Positions 49,042-62,826 of a DNA stretch of 64,000 bases are shown in pieces (the stretch's first letter is position 1; each line of letters begins with the position of its first letter). Both the position numbers and the translations under genes were made by a program. The notes beneath the pieces were generated by a model. The model searched no databases and was not told the DNA's origin. It saw only the letters and a list, made by a program, of their open reading frames with translations. Origin of the DNA: Centroscyllium fabricii (taxonomy: Eukaryota); the NCBI GenBank assembly GCA_051313645.2, contig JBNRSN020000005.1, positions 243,660,001-243,724,000 of the forward strand, written 5' to 3'.

Positions 49042-49205
49042 TAAAGGATCCTACGGTCTCTGCTGACAACTGGACTGGAGTCGACGGGAACTCCAGTGGG
49101 ATCTCGTGGGTCAACACACTGGTTTATTTTTATAATAACGTACGAAAGCCAATAATACCGAAATCAAACCAGGTTTTTTTTTACAAAATAGATAGTTGAT
49201 ACGAC

Positions 49206-49640
49206 GTCAGCTGTAGCTCAGTGGGTAGCACCCTCGCCTCTGAATCAGAAGGTTGTGGGTTCAAGTCCCACTCCAGAGATCTAATCCAGCATGACACTCC
49301 AGTGCAGTACTGAGGGAGTGCTGCACTGTCAGAAGTACCATCTTTCGGATGAGACATTAAACCGAAGTCCTGTCTTCCCTCTCAGGTGGACGCAAAAGAT
49401 CCCTTGGTGCTATTCGAAGAACAGCGGGACTTCGCCTCTGTGTCCTTGAAAATATTTATCCCGCAACCAATATTACCAAAAAAGACCCAGATGATCTTGT
49501 CGTTTATCTCACTGCTGTTTGTGGGACAGTTCTGTATGCAAAGTGGCTACATTACAACAGTGACCACACTTCAAAATTGGCTGTAAAGCACTTTGGGATG
49601 TCCGGAGGTCATGAAAGGCACTTTATAGATTTAAGTTTGT
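49206..49640 (+). mobile_element. Deu SINE
   Basis: gtcagctgtagctcagtgg...ggttcaagtccc head plus body. Confidence 0.85.
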
Positions 49641-50491
49641 TCTACACTGGAGTCAATCAGGAGAGAATAAATAAAGACTAGATTCTCTGGAGCAGATGGT
49701 GCCACGTACTCAGAGCCACAGCTGGGCACAATTGATGCTGCTAATTGAGAGAAAAAACACACCAAGAGACACGAGTCAGCTCACCGAGCATGTTCCAACT
49801 TTACGTCCTGGGCAGTTACCCCTATAGTATGGTAACACACCAGCCACACCGCATTGCAAGGCTTCATTATGAATGCAATACCTGTACGGCCAAAATATCC
49901 CACTGTTGGCACTTCCCAAACACAGCGAGAGGCAACATCTTTCACGCCCTTAACTGGACTCGAGTTACAGCCGACACTCTCAGATAAGCTGGCTGGAAAG
50001 TTTCATTTGACCCAATTTAAACAAAAGGGAGAAGTTTACAGAAATAACAGAAGCCTCATCCAAGAGGTCGTCATCTTCCGTGTCTAAAGTGCGATGTGGG
50101 CGGGGTCAGGTGATTATGCACCCGTTTCAGCTGTGGCTCAGTGGGTAGCACTCTCGCCTCTGGGTCAGCAGGTTGTGAGTTCAAGTCCTTCTTCTTCTTC
50201 AGAGACTTGAGCACAATAATCAAGGCCGACAGCCCCAGCGCAGTGCTGAGGGAGTGCTGCACTGTCGGTGGTGTCAACTTTCGGATGAGCTGTTTAAGCG
50301 AGGCCGCATCTGCTCTCTCGGATCCCGTGGCACGATTGAAAAACTCCTCTTGAAATCTACTTCGAACTAAAGCTTTCGGCGACCGCTCCTAATGTCTCCT
50401 CCTTGGCTCGGTGTCAAATTCTGTCCAATTCTCTCCTGTGAAGTGCCGTGGGACGTTTACCTACGTTAAAGGAGCTACATAAATGTAAGTA

Positions 50492-50850
50492 GTTGGTGGT
50501 TAGCACTGCTGCTTCGCGATAAGGAGCTCCTGGGTTCGAATCCTGCTTGGCCCGGGACCTCTCTGTGTGGAGTTTGCATGTTCTCCCTGTGTTCGTGTGG
50601 GTTTCCTCCGGGTACTCCGGTTTCCTCCCACCACCCAAAGACATGCAGGTTAAGTGAATTGGAGATACTACAAATTGCCCGTGAGTATGTGCGTGAGATA
50701 TAGTTCTTAGAGTTGGGGGTGTCGGGGATATGGGGAGAGGGTAGGAGGGGGGTGCTGGGTTTGGATGATCAGCCATGATCTCATCAAAATGGCGGAGCAG
50801 GCTCGAAGGGCCGAATGGCCTACTCCTGCTCCTATCTTCTGTGTTTCTGT
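50492..50850 (+). mobile_element. Second V-SINE subfamily with a CR1 tail (inverted copy at 59486-59850)
   Basis: V-domain, a distinct central region, tail ggatgatcagccatgatctc. Confidence 0.75.
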
Positions 50851-51655
50851 GGTGGTGTTGTTGTTGCTCGACTTCATACAGAGCTGGGTTAGCGGCCCTG
50901 TGAGTGAAGAGTTTCTGTTCTTGCTGCCTTGCATACGTTCGCTAGTATTTTTGAGACGGCGATTGAGGTCCATTAAAGTGGTGTTCCACAGGCTGCGCAT
51001 AGAATTGCGGATCATTTCGCTTAACTGTGCCTATTTTAAGCGCTTTGCTACTTTTCTTGACTTCTAGCAACGTGGAAAGAAAAACACATTTTTGCTGCTT
51101 TTGTTGAAATTTACCTGGGTATTTTGGAGTCCAATTTAACTCCCTCCTCCCCCACCCTGATTTTCTTCAGGTTCCAATTCTAACGTCAAAAGCCAGAACA
51201 CCCAACAAAATCCCGGATTTTTGAATCAGCAATAAAAACCGGCTCGAATGAGCCTTCGAGGTGGCTGACGGGAAGAAAACAAAGAGTCATAACGGCACAG
51301 AAGGAGGCCATTCGGCCTACTGAATCCATGCTGGCTCTCTCTAGAGTAATCCAGTCAGTCCCATTTCCCTACGTTCTATCCCCATAGCCCTGCAAGTTTA
51401 TTCCCCTCAAATGCCTATCCAGTCTCGCCTTGAAAACATTAAGTGCCTCCGCTTCCACCACATCTGTCGGCAGCAAGTTCCAGGTCCTCACCATTCGCTG
51501 TGCAAAAAGGTTTTTCCTCACGTCCCTCCTGTATTTCTTGCCCAAAAACTTAAATCTGTGTCCCTGAGTCCTTGTACCATCAACTAGTGGGAACAGCCTT
51601 TCCCTGTCTAGCCTATTCAAACCCATCATAATCTTGTACACCTCTATCAAATCAG

Positions 51656-52026
51656 GGCGGCATGGTGGCACAGTGGTTAGCACTGTTGTCTCACAGCACT
51701 GGAGACCCGGGCTCAAATCCAGCCTCGGGTTCTATCTGTGTGGAGTTTGCACATTCTTCCCGTGTCTGCGTGGGTTTCCTCCCACAGTCCAAAGATGTGC
51801 GGGTTAGGTTGATTGGCCAGGATAAATTGACCCTTAGTGTTCGGGCGATTGAATATGTGGGGTTACGGGGATAGGGTGGGATATGTGTCGATGGAGGCTC
51901 GAGAGGGATATGGGGAGAGGACAGGGACAGGGTACTGGGTTTGGATGATCAGCCATGATCTCATTGAATGGCGGAGCAGGTTCGAAGGGCCGAATGGCCT
52001 ACTCCTGCTCCTAGTTTCTATGTTTT
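51656..52026 (+). mobile_element. HE1-like SINE inside an old CR1
   Basis: Head gggcggcatggtggcacagtggttagcac. Confidence 0.85.
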
Positions 52027-52262
52027 TGATGCGCTAATCAATCACGCCAGTCTTTCGTGGATCGTAATCAAAAGCTTTTATTCGCTAAGAACAAGACCTG
52101 GTCCGCGATGAGTCCTGCCCGGAATGAGAGTCAGGTGGGTGGAGCATCCTCCTTTATACTCATACCCGGAGGCGGGGTCAGCTGGTCCAGGTCCTTACAG
52201 AAAGGAACAACTTTATTAGCACAAACTATAACAGTGTGAACTACACTAAATGGTTCACCACA
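52027..52262 (-). mobile_element. Solo LTR related to the element C LTR
   Basis: Colinear with 38007-38259; TSD gtttt/gtttc. Confidence 0.9.
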
Positions 52263-54461
52263 GTTTCTATGTTTCACCCCTCAACCTCCTTTGCTCCAAT
52301 GAAAACAAATCCAGCTTCTCCAACTTGTCCTTGTAGCTAAGATCCCCCATCTCCGGAACCATTCTGGTAAATCTCCTCTGCACCCTCTCAAGGGCCTTCA
52401 CATCCTCCCTAAAGTGTGGTGACCAGAATTGATGCAGATTAAGCGTAAAACTAAGTGTCTCAGACTGAAAAGATGTGATGAGAGGTGTCACACATGGGCG
52501 TGCGTTGGGGCTGCTCTTATTTACTTGCATGCTTATTAATATTCTGGAATTAGGAAGGCAGAGCGAGGAGAATTCTCATGTATCCCTGTGCCCTCTCATT
52601 GATAGACTATCAAGGGGCTGCATAGTTCATAAGAGCTGTGGGAGCCCTGAATATATTGTTTGGATACTTCTTGAACATTACTGAAATATTTTATGGAAAA
52701 TGGGGGCCGGAAAATTATTCACTAACCAGTTTCCTTTTTAATAGATGTCTAATTATTAACAGTGTGTCAATAGAATTCTGAGCTTATCGTTCTAGTTATC
52801 AAAACACTGAAGGGCATCTAAAAACATTAAAGTGACAGGAGGTAATAAATATGCTTGTCCTTCATTACCTCATGAAAAAAGTGCTTTGTAGTTTTTAGCA
52901 AAAGTTGCTGCTTGTAGAAGTTCATTAAGATGATTCTTCAGGACTTGGATGGATCTCACTCTTCAAGGTACAGTCCGAGGAGATCCATTTGGTTGGTTTT
53001 ATCTTCTTGGGCCCAATTCCAGCAAAATATATTGTTTATCAAAAATGTAAATGTTTAACAACGCTATCTTACAGGCCAGGCTACTCTGCCAAACATTAAA
53101 ATGAAGATTAAAAGTGATTGGAAATCGTGAGGCAAGTTGAAGAGTTAAACTATAGACCTCTGCAGGGGGAAACTATCATTTGTAACTTGGTGGCCTTCAG
53201 AACAGTCACTGAATGGAACGGTTGAACGCCCTTGGATGTTAACACTGCATCTCCAGGTCAGCTGAATGACTGCAGGACACAGCCTGTTCTCATAGGCTCC
53301 ATGTCTCACAATGCATCTCCACTTTTGGCTTGCATTAAAACGAGAGAGTGAGAGAGAGAGAGAAAGTGAGAGAGAGAGATTCTACAACTGTGTGCTGCAC
53401 TCAAACCAATCTGGAGTGAACAAAATAAAAACTTGACATACACTTTGTTCTATTAATGAAAACCAGCCCATAAATTAAGGATTTTCCATGTGGCATATTC
53501 TGATGGTTAGACAAGTATGAGCAAATTTAAAAGAGGTAACTCTAATGTTGGCTTTACTGAGGGTTAAAACATGTATGGAGAGCATTTTAATTGTCTCGAT
53601 TGTATCAATTGAGAATTCGACCCCTCTTCACTCTCTCTGGGCGATACATTGACCATCCAAAGGATAACCTCACACCTGTCTGATCTAATGCCAACAACAA
53701 ACAGCACAACGGGTACTGAAAGCAACATAATTCAGTCTTTTATGGGACCAATGGCATCGCCCATGTTTCTCCTTTACGTATTTACACATCAAGAACCGTG
53801 GCACTGTACAGTGAATGAACGGTCCAGCTTCATCAGTCTTGTAGCAGTCAATCTTCGCAGTCTTGGTTTGTTGAGACAACTGGTTTTGCCACTATTTTCC
53901 ACCTTATCATTAACACATGACCAACACAACACTGCATTAACAAAAAAAAATTTTTACAACATTATGAACACTCGCATGTTTTTTTTTAAGAAGATAAATG
54001 AACTGAAAATTTAGAAACTGTTTGATCCTTGCCCTCCCTACCGTAACCAGACTTTGTTAAAAAATATCTTTGGACTGAAGTGGTTTTAAAACTGCAGAAC
54101 TTCTGCTGGACATAAAAAAGTCACTTTTGTTATTCAAATTCCACCTTGAATCAATTATTCTCTCCCTACATATTAATGAGCGGTCGGAATGTGGCGTTAC
54201 CTTTCCAAATATTTTGAGGTGGAAATTAAATTCTCAACACATGCTGGTTTAATGGAACTTGTGTCGTTTTCACAAGATTCGAGAGAATAAGTTACAAAGA
54301 CTGCAACTCAATCGAGGAGGCTCTCAGATCAGCTCATAAACTGCAGGAAAGTTTCAAGAATGTACTATGAACCCCTGGGGTAAGTTTGCACACTTAAATC
54401 ACTGCTCAGGGTAGGGTTTACTTTTACTATTTGTAATTTCCCTTTCTTTTTCTCCTGAGAG

Positions 54462-54829
54462 CAAGGCCGGCCACAGCAATTGCGGGGCCCAATTTGGACC
54501 AGGGTGGAACCTCAGCAATATGATATTACACATCACTCAGGGCTGGCTAAACTCAAGTCAACGCCCAGTATGATACCTGAGCATCAACGTGAAAGTAAAG
54601 TGATCCAGATCTCCTTCAAGGTTGCTATAATTAGTCATGTTGTGCATGACTGCTCCATGCCTGCATTTCTAGCCCGAGACTAATTATTGATTGGTGCCTT
54701 TTTTGCAGCTCAAAAGAATACGACACAGGATTGGTTTGAAGGTGTTAGGGTTTTGAGTATGGACTTTCAAGTAATGGGTGCGGGGCCCCCTTGGGTCAAA
54801 TAGGTTCAATTGGCCTAAGGCCGGCCCTG
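54462..54829. mobile_element. hAT MITE
   Basis: TIR ca(a/g)ggccggcc; 8-bp TSD cctgagag. Confidence 0.85.
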
Positions 54830-54911
54830 CCTGAGAGTGTTGTCTAGGGAGAGAAAGAAAAATGAAGGCAGAAAGAACTTGGCTTCAAGCACATCCCAAA
54901 CTGCTTAACAG

Positions 54912-55376
54912 CCAGCCGTGGCTCAGTGGTAGCACTCTCGCCTGAGTTGGAAGGTTGTGAGTTCACGTCCCACACCAGAGACTTGAGCACATAAATCTAG
55001 GCCGACACTCCCAGTACAGTACTGAGGGAGTGCTGCACTGTCGGAGGTGCCGTCTTTCGGACGAGAGGTTTAATCCAGAGGCCCCTTCTGCTCTCCAAGG
55101 TGGATGTAAAAGATCCCATGGCACTACTTCGAAGAGCAGCAAGGTAGTTATCCCCACTGTCCTTCCCAATATTTATCCCTCAACCAACATCAACAAACAG
55201 ATTATCTGGTCATTATCACATTGCTGTTTGTGGGAGCTTGCTGTGCGCAAATTGGCTGCCGCATTTCCAACATTACAACAGCGACCACACTTCAAAATTA
55301 AATTTATTGGCTATAATGCACTTTGGGGTGTCAGAGCTTTACAGCCAATAAAGGCGCTATATAAATGCAAGTCCTG
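54912..55376 (+). mobile_element. Deu SINE, near full length
   Basis: Head, Deu body and tail intact. Confidence 0.85.
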
Positions 55377-55410
55377 CTTTCCTTCAATCAAGCACTTGAA
55401 TTGTAGTCAC

Positions 55411-55560
55411 TGGACAGAATGAGCAGTGAGAAAATCGGACGGACACACATGGCTGGACAGTACAAGCAGTGAGAAAATCGGACGGACACACACGGCTGGA
55501 CAGAATGAGCAGTGAGAAGATCAGATGGACAGACACACGGCTGGACAGAATGAGCAGTGA
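55411..55560. repeat. 43-bp tandem repeat, ~3.4 copies
   Basis: Unit tggacagaatgagcagtgagaaaatcggacggacacacacggc. Confidence 0.85.
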
Positions 55561-57409
55561 ACAATAGAAATCGCAGACTAGCTACGGGTGCGACTGTGGT
55601 GATACGGTTTTAACCACATGCATGAATTTTAGAAAATGCCGTATGTACACTCTCACAATAGTACACCACACGTATATATTTACTTAACAACCATCTGCCA
55701 CCAGTCAGTGACAAAGGAAGTAAAGCACTCAATCAAAACACACACGCACACTCTGATTTTGTCTTATCATTTTACCAACAAATAACACAAAAAGGTTAAA
55801 GTTCACTTGCATGCACCGTGTGAATACGAGTATTGATGGTGTCTATTAATTATTTATTTACTAATGTAATGTAATTAGCCACATCTGGGATCTGCAATTA
55901 GCCACATGTGGCTAGTGGACTAAACAATACTGCCATAATAGAGCTCTCAAACTCCACAATTCAGCTAAGAACTGAATGCTTCTCCTAACACTGGTTTGCT
56001 CAGGTTTACTGTTAATTTTTGCAGCCATGAAGATAGTGGGAACAGGGAACTCAAATTCAAATGAGACTCCCATATCTCCTACATCACTAAAGCAGTCTTG
56101 TAGAAGCTCGGTTTCCTCTTGAATTCCTCTGGTCATCTCCCTCATCTCTAGACCCCCCCCCCCCCACAATACAACCTCTGATTCAATCGATCACCGTCTG
56201 AAAATCCTTCTCCTATTCCTTCTAAGATCCAAATGCATGCTCTGATTCCTGCCTCCCCCAGGACTGGCCTGCTGAGTTTTTCCACCATGTTCTGTTGTTA
56301 CCTCACGACTGTGTTGAACTCGAGACTGATCACGTAGCATCCTAACTCATCCTTTCTCAAGCTTGATGGTACCTCATCACTATATCTTGATTTGCCTCAT
56401 CTCCTCAGTTACTCTTTTCAACCTTGGTGTTGCCCTGCACTATGGCCCTTGAACTGTGACCTTGCTTGCTCAATTGGAAACAGCCAGTAGTAGAAGCTTC
56501 TTTTAAGTTTAATTCGCAAAAGGTGATGGAAATGCAAGAATTAAAATAGCAGCACATAGATATTCCAGGATGACCCTGCAGTGCATCCCCCACCCCACCG
56601 CCTCCTCCAAGGAGAGGTGACTGTTGAATGACCTTTGCTGCTATTAATAAGCTGCCCACTCTGCAAAAACAAGGCCCTGTAAATTTTCACCTCTGATTTG
56701 GACCAGGTGTGTGGTCCTTACAGCAGTGTTTTGCTTAGTTCTAAGTGGCTAATAGCTGACACGTGCTGCTGTCGGGAGTGACACTGGAATACTTGCATAC
56801 ACTGCTGCCTCAGCCCTTGCCCGAAAAACCGCCCCTGCCACCACCTAGTTTACTGCACAACTTCCCTGCTCACCGTCTTTGCCGAAGTGGAGCAAGAAGG
56901 AACCGCATGCAGCAGTTAAGGAGGCCATTCAGCCAGTCAGGTCTGTGCCGGCTCTTTGCTGGAGCAATCCAAAACTATTCCCACTTGTCTGCTCTCCCCG
57001 TAGCCCTGGATCTTCCCCTGCTTCAAATATTTAGCCTTCGCTCCTTTAAAATGTGCAATGGTCTCCGTCTCAACCACTCCCTGGGCAAAGCATTCCATTC
57101 ACCAACAACCCTCTGTGTAAAGACAACCTCTGATTCAATCGATCACCGTCCTCACTACTCACCTCACTACTCACTCTCCGTGACAATTTTACATTGATGA
57201 TCCCCTTGACACAAACTCCTCAACCACAGAGAATATAGTCTTTCCCTATTCATTTACCAAAACCTTTCATCACTTTAAAAACCTCCACTTAGCCTTCTCT
57301 GCTCCAGTGCAAATGGTCCCAATTTGTAGTGTTCTGAGGAAAAACACATGCTTTCCATCCTTGGTATCAGCCTGGAAAATCTACTTGTACGGCTTTAATA
57401 TACCAACTA

Positions 57410-57763
57410 CAGGTTGAGCACCGGTAATCCGGACACCGGTTATCCGGAAACTTCAGTTGTCCGGAACGAATCCGGCCGACTGGTCTCTGCATGCGCGAAA
57501 TGGCCGCCGCACTTGGCGACGCATGCCCGGGCCTCCCCGAACGATTGATGCTTCGGCGAGCGCATGCGCAGGCTATTCAAAATGGCCACCGGCCTTTGCA
57601 GCGGCCATTTTGAATGGTCTGCGCATGCGCTCACCGCCGGCCTTCGCGGCAGCCGTTTTGAATGGTCTGCGCATGCGCTCACCGAAGCTTCAATCGTTCG
57701 GTGTTTTCACTTGTCTGGCACCGGCTTGGTCCCGCCCGTTCCGGATTAACGGTGTCGGACCTG
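57410..57763. mobile_element. Tigger-like MITE with non-matching ends
   Basis: Left end as at 27510; right end and body as 4381-4724. Confidence 0.75.
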
Positions 57764-58139
57764 AATGAGAGGATGGCCAAAACTGCACGCAGAACTCGTA
57801 CTGCCTCATCCAACTTTATCAGTACCTCTTCATCCTTGTACACTATGCCCCTGCTTCCAAGACCCTACAACCTTCTGACTCAGATGCAAGAGTGCTACCC
57901 ATTGAGCCACAGCTGACACTGAATGTGGAAGGGAAAGCTTGTCCAGAAACATACAAAGAGACAAGTGCTCACTAAATTGCAAGTTTCAGACCCTTTTATT
58001 TTTATTAACACTGGGCCATCAGCAGCAACAACAGTAATCATGTCACCGTCACCTGATATAAAGGAGGCCAAGTCCAACCACATCAAGTGGAGCACGTTTC
58101 ATGAGGGGAGCAGTTGGGAAATAGTGATCATAACATCAA

Positions 58140-59100
58140 GTTTCAAGTTTACTTTATTTGTCACATACATTATTATACATGTACAAAGTGCAGTGAAATG
58201 CTTAGTTGTAAGCTCCATGTCTGTGCTCTCCGGATAACAATAAATACAAATAATAAATTAACAATTATAAGAAGAAAAGGCATTCAATCGTCAGTATGCC
58301 GACCCTTGGCAGCGCCTTCATTTAAGATCCGGATGGCTTGGGGGGGTAAAAGCTCCTCCTAAGCCTCTCTGTGTTGACCTTAATGCTGCGGTAGCGTTTT
58401 CCTGACCGCAGCAGTGAGAAGAGGCCGTTGTTCGGGTGACTAAGATCCTTAATGACCTTCTTGGCCTTAGTCATGCACCGCCTGGTGTAGATATCCTGCA
58501 GGTTAGGGAGTGCACCCCCGGTGGTACGTTCTGCCGGCCGTACTAACCTCTGCAGGGCCCGACGGTCTTGTTTAGTGCTGTTGCCATACCAGGTGGTGAT
58601 GCTCCCTGACAGGATACTCTCAATAGAAACATAGAAGATAGGAGCAGGAGTAGGCCATTTGGCCCTTCGAGCCTGCTCCGCCATTCAATGAGATCATGGC
58701 TGATCATCCAAACCCAGTACCCTGCCTTCTCCCCATATCCCTCGATCCCTATCGAGCCTGCACCGACACATATCCCACCCTAGCCCCGTAACCCCACATA
58801 TTCATTCCCCCTAACACAAAGGGTCAATTTATCATGGCCAATCAACCTAACCCGCACATTTGGATAAAAGTTGTTTAGTATTTGGGGGGACATTCTAAAT
58901 TTCCTCAGGCTTCTGAGATGGTAAAGACGCTGCCGCGCCTTCGTCACCAAGGTGTCTATATTTAGGGACCATGTCGGCTCATCAGGAAGATGGACCCCGA
59001 GGTATCTGAAATTACTCACCCTCTCTACTGGGGTCAATCTTGAGAGAGTTATAGTACCTCTCCTGCTTCCTCCCAAAGTCTACTATCAGCCCCTTAGTCT
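58140..59100 (-). mobile_element. Rex1/Babar-like LINE 3' part, split by an HE1 tail (58624-58858)
   Basis: KARQRLYHLRSLRKF..ILNNFY, IESILSGSITTWYGN, HPNNGLFSLLRSGKRYRSI..TERLRRSFYP. Confidence 0.85.
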
Positions 59101-60339
59101 TAATTAGGTTATTAGGTTTAGTGTAGTTACGGAAATGGACGAGGCACAATCAAATGGAAAAGCACTCAACTCGAGGAGGGCTAATTTCAGTGAGCTGAAA
59201 ATGGATCTGACCCTGGTGGATTGAAATCAAATATTGGCAGGTGAAACAGCAAATGAGCAATGGGACGTCTTCAAAGAGGAGATAGTTTGGGTACAGAGTA
59301 GACACATTCCCATAAAGGGAAAATGAAGGTCAGCCAAAGCTAGATCTCCCTGGATGACTAAAGGTAGAGATTAAAATGAAACAGAAAAAATGATAAATAC
59401 TGTATTAGGTTCATAATACAGTAAAGAAAGTACATAGGAGAACTGAAAAAGGAAATAAGAGGAGCAAAGAGTGCATGTGATTACACAGAAACACAGAAGA
59501 TAGGAGTAGGCCATTCAGCCCTTCGGGCCTGCTCCACCATTTTGATGAGATCATGGCTGATCATCCAAACCCAACAACCCCCTCCTACCCTCCCCCCATA
59601 TCCCCTGACACTCCCAACTCTAAGAACTATATCTCACACACATGCTCATGGGTAATTTTTAAGATCTCCAATTCACCTAACCTGCATGTCTTTGGGTGGT
59701 GGGAGGAAACCGGAGTAACCAGAGGAAGCCCACACGAACACGGGGAGAACATGCAAACTCCACGCAGAGAGGTCCCGGGTCAAGCAGGATTCGAAACCAG
59801 AGCTCCTTATTGCGAGGCAGCAGTGCTAACCACTGCACCACCGTGTCATCCTTTAGATTAGAGGGTAACATAAAAGGGAACATAAAGCCTTTTATAAACC
59901 TATATATAGTAAAAAGGTAGTCAAAGGGTGAGGCTAATTAGGGGCCAAAAAGGAGATCTTGCAGAGACAGAGGGCATGACTGAGATACTAAATAAATGAC
60001 ATTGCATCTGTCTGCACAAAAAGAAGATACTGCCAAGAGGAGGGGGTAGTAGAGAAATTAGACAGGACATAAATAGACAGAGAAGGCACTTAAAAGGTTG
60101 GCAACGCTCAAAGTAGAAAATTGATCTGGTCCGGATGGGATGCATCCTATATTGCTGAGGGAAGCAAAGGTGGAAGTTGTGGCGGCTCCGGGCACAATCT
60201 TCCAATCCCCCTTAGATATGGGAGTGGTGCCAGAGGACTGGAGGGTTAAGGGGAGAGGGTTTAACGTCGGTGGTAGGGAAACTTTGACACACAATAATCT
60301 GAGACAAAATTAATTGTCACTTGGATAAACACGGGTTTA

Positions 60340-60612
60340 TCTACTGGAATCTTTTGAGGATGTAACTGGTAAAATAGATAAGGGAGAACCAGTGGATGTG
60401 GTGTATTTGGACTTTCAGAAAGCTTTCGATAAGGTCCAGCAAAAGAGATTAGCGTGTAAAGTTAAGGCAAATGGGATTGGGGGCAAGGTACTGACTTGGA
60501 TGGAGAACTGGTTGGCAGACAGGAAGCAAAGAGTTGGAATAAATGGGTCTTTTTCCGAGTGGCAGGTAGTGACTAATGGGGTACCACACGGATTGGACCC
60601 CAGCTATTCACT

Positions 60613-60647
<35 letters not shown>

Positions 60648-61604
60648 GATCTGCACAAGGGAACTAGATGTAATACCTCCAAATTTGCAGATGACACAAA
60701 GCGTGTGTGCTGTGAGGAGGATGTCGAGAAACTCCAGGATGATTTGGACATGTTGGGTGATTGGGCAGAAACATGGCAGATGCAGTATAACGTGGATAAA
60801 TGTGAGGTTATCCACTTTAGTAGCAAAACAGGAAGGCAGATTATTATCTAAATGGCAATAGATTGGGAGAAGGGGAAGTGCAACGAGACCTGGGTGTTCT
60901 TGTGCACCAGTTGCTGAAGGTAAGCATGCAGGTGCAGCAGGCGGTTAAGAAGGCAAATGGTTTGTTGGCCTTCGTAGCGAGAGGGTTTGAGTACAGGAAC
61001 AAGGATGTTTTGCTGCAGTTGTACAGGGCTTTGGTGAGACCACATCTTGAGTATTGTGTATAATTTTGGTCGCCTTATCTGAGGAAGGATGTTCTTGCCA
61101 TGGAGGGGGTTCAGCGAAGATTCACCAGACTGATACCTGGGATGGCAGGAATGACATATGAGGAGAGATTGGGTCGATTGGACTTGTACTCGCTGGAGTT
61201 TAGAAGAATGAGAGGTGATCTTATTGAAACTTATAACATTTTGACAGGACTGGACAAACTCAATGCAGGAAGGATGTTTCCGATGGTCGGGGAGTCCAGA
61301 ACCACGGGTCACAGTCTAAGGATAAGGGGTAAGCCATTTAGGACTGAGATGAGGAGGAATTTCTTCACCCAGAGAGTGGTGAACCTGTGGAACTCTCTAC
61401 CACAGAAGGCGGTGGAGGCTAGTTCGTTCAATATATTCAAGACGGAGTTAGATATATTTCTTAAGGCTAAAGGATCAAGGGATAGGGAGAGAAAGCAGTG
61501 GCAGGGTACTGAATTTGGATGATCAGCCATGATCTCATTGAATGGTGGAGCAGGCTCGAGGGGCTGAATGGCCTACTCCTGCTCCTATCTTCTATGTTTC
61601 TATA
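60340..61604 (+). pseudogene. CR1/HER1 ORF2 RT plus 3' end, inserted in an older CR1 (59100-62826)
   Basis: DVVYLDFQKAFDKV, KFADDT, LVRPHLEYCV; CR1 tail. Confidence 0.92.
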
Positions 61605-61609
61605 TTAAT

Positions 61610-62826
61610 AAAGGACCACAAGCAGATTTGCTGAAGGAAAATCATGTTTGACCAACTCAATTGAGTTCTTTGATGAAGTAACGGAGAGGGTTGACGAGGG
61701 TAATATGGCTGATGTTGTGTATATGGACTTTGAAATGGCATTTTATAAAGTACCACATAATAGACATGTTAGCAAAACTGAAGCCCTTGGGATTAAGGGG
61801 CAGTGGCAGCGTGAATATGGAATTGGCTATGGGACAGAAAGCAGAGAGTAGTGGTGAATGGTTGTTTCTCAGCCTGGAGGGAAGTGTGCAGTGGTATCCC
61901 CAGGGGTCAGTATTAGGTCCACTGCTCTATTGGATATATATTAAATAACCTGGACTTGGGTATACAGGGCATAATTTCATAGTTTGCAGATGACATGAAA
62001 CTCGGAAATGTAGTAAGCAGTGAGGAAGATAGTAAGAGACTTCAGGAGGACATAGACGGGCTCATGAAATGGGCAGACATATGACAGATGAAATGTAACG
62101 TAGCGAAGTGTGAAGCGATACATTTTGGTAGCAAGAATGAGACGACACTATAACCTAAATAGTCCAATTTTTAAGGGGGTGCAGGAACAGAGACCTGGGG
62201 TGTACGCACACAAATATCTGAAGGTTAAGATTGTTGAAAAATATATGGAATCCTTGGCTTTATAAACAGAGGGATAGAGGACAAATGCAAGGAAGTTATG
62301 CTGAACCTTTCTAAAACACTGGTTAGGCCTCAGCTGGAGTATTGTGGGCTTGTCTGTGCCCCACACTTTAGGAAGGATGTCGAGGCCTTAGAGGGTGCAG
62401 AGGAGATTTACGAGAATGGTACCAGGGATGAGGAACTTCAGTTATGTGGAGAGACGGGAGAAGATGAAATTGTTCTCCTGAGAACAGAGAAGGTTAAGGA
62501 GAAATTTAATAGAGGCGTTCAAAGTAATGAAGCATTTTGACAGAGTAAATAAGGAGAAATCGTTACCAGTCGCAGAAGGGTCAGTAACCAGAGAACACAT
62601 TGAAGATAATTGGCAAAATAGTCAGGAGATGAAATGAGGAGAATTTAATTTAACGCAAAAAGTTTTGATGATCTGGAATGCACTGACTGAAAGGGTGGTG
62701 GAAGCAGATTCAATAGAAAATTTCAAAAAGGAATTGGATATTTACATGAATGGGAGAAAATTGCAAGGCTACGGTGAAAGAGCAGGGCCAACAGGACTAA
62801 TTGGAGAGTTGTTACAAAGAGCCGGC
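61610..62826 (+). mobile_element. Older decayed CR1 ORF2
   Basis: [37 protein letters not shown]. Confidence 0.85.

Noticed and set aside
49206-49280. tRNA-like sequence with A and B boxes (also at 17103, 50128, 54912)
   Set aside because: SINE heads that continue into Deu bodies, not tRNA genes.
50940-51180. Two exon-like minus-strand segments
   Set aside because: The implied intron is only ~52 nt and the phases are incompatible.
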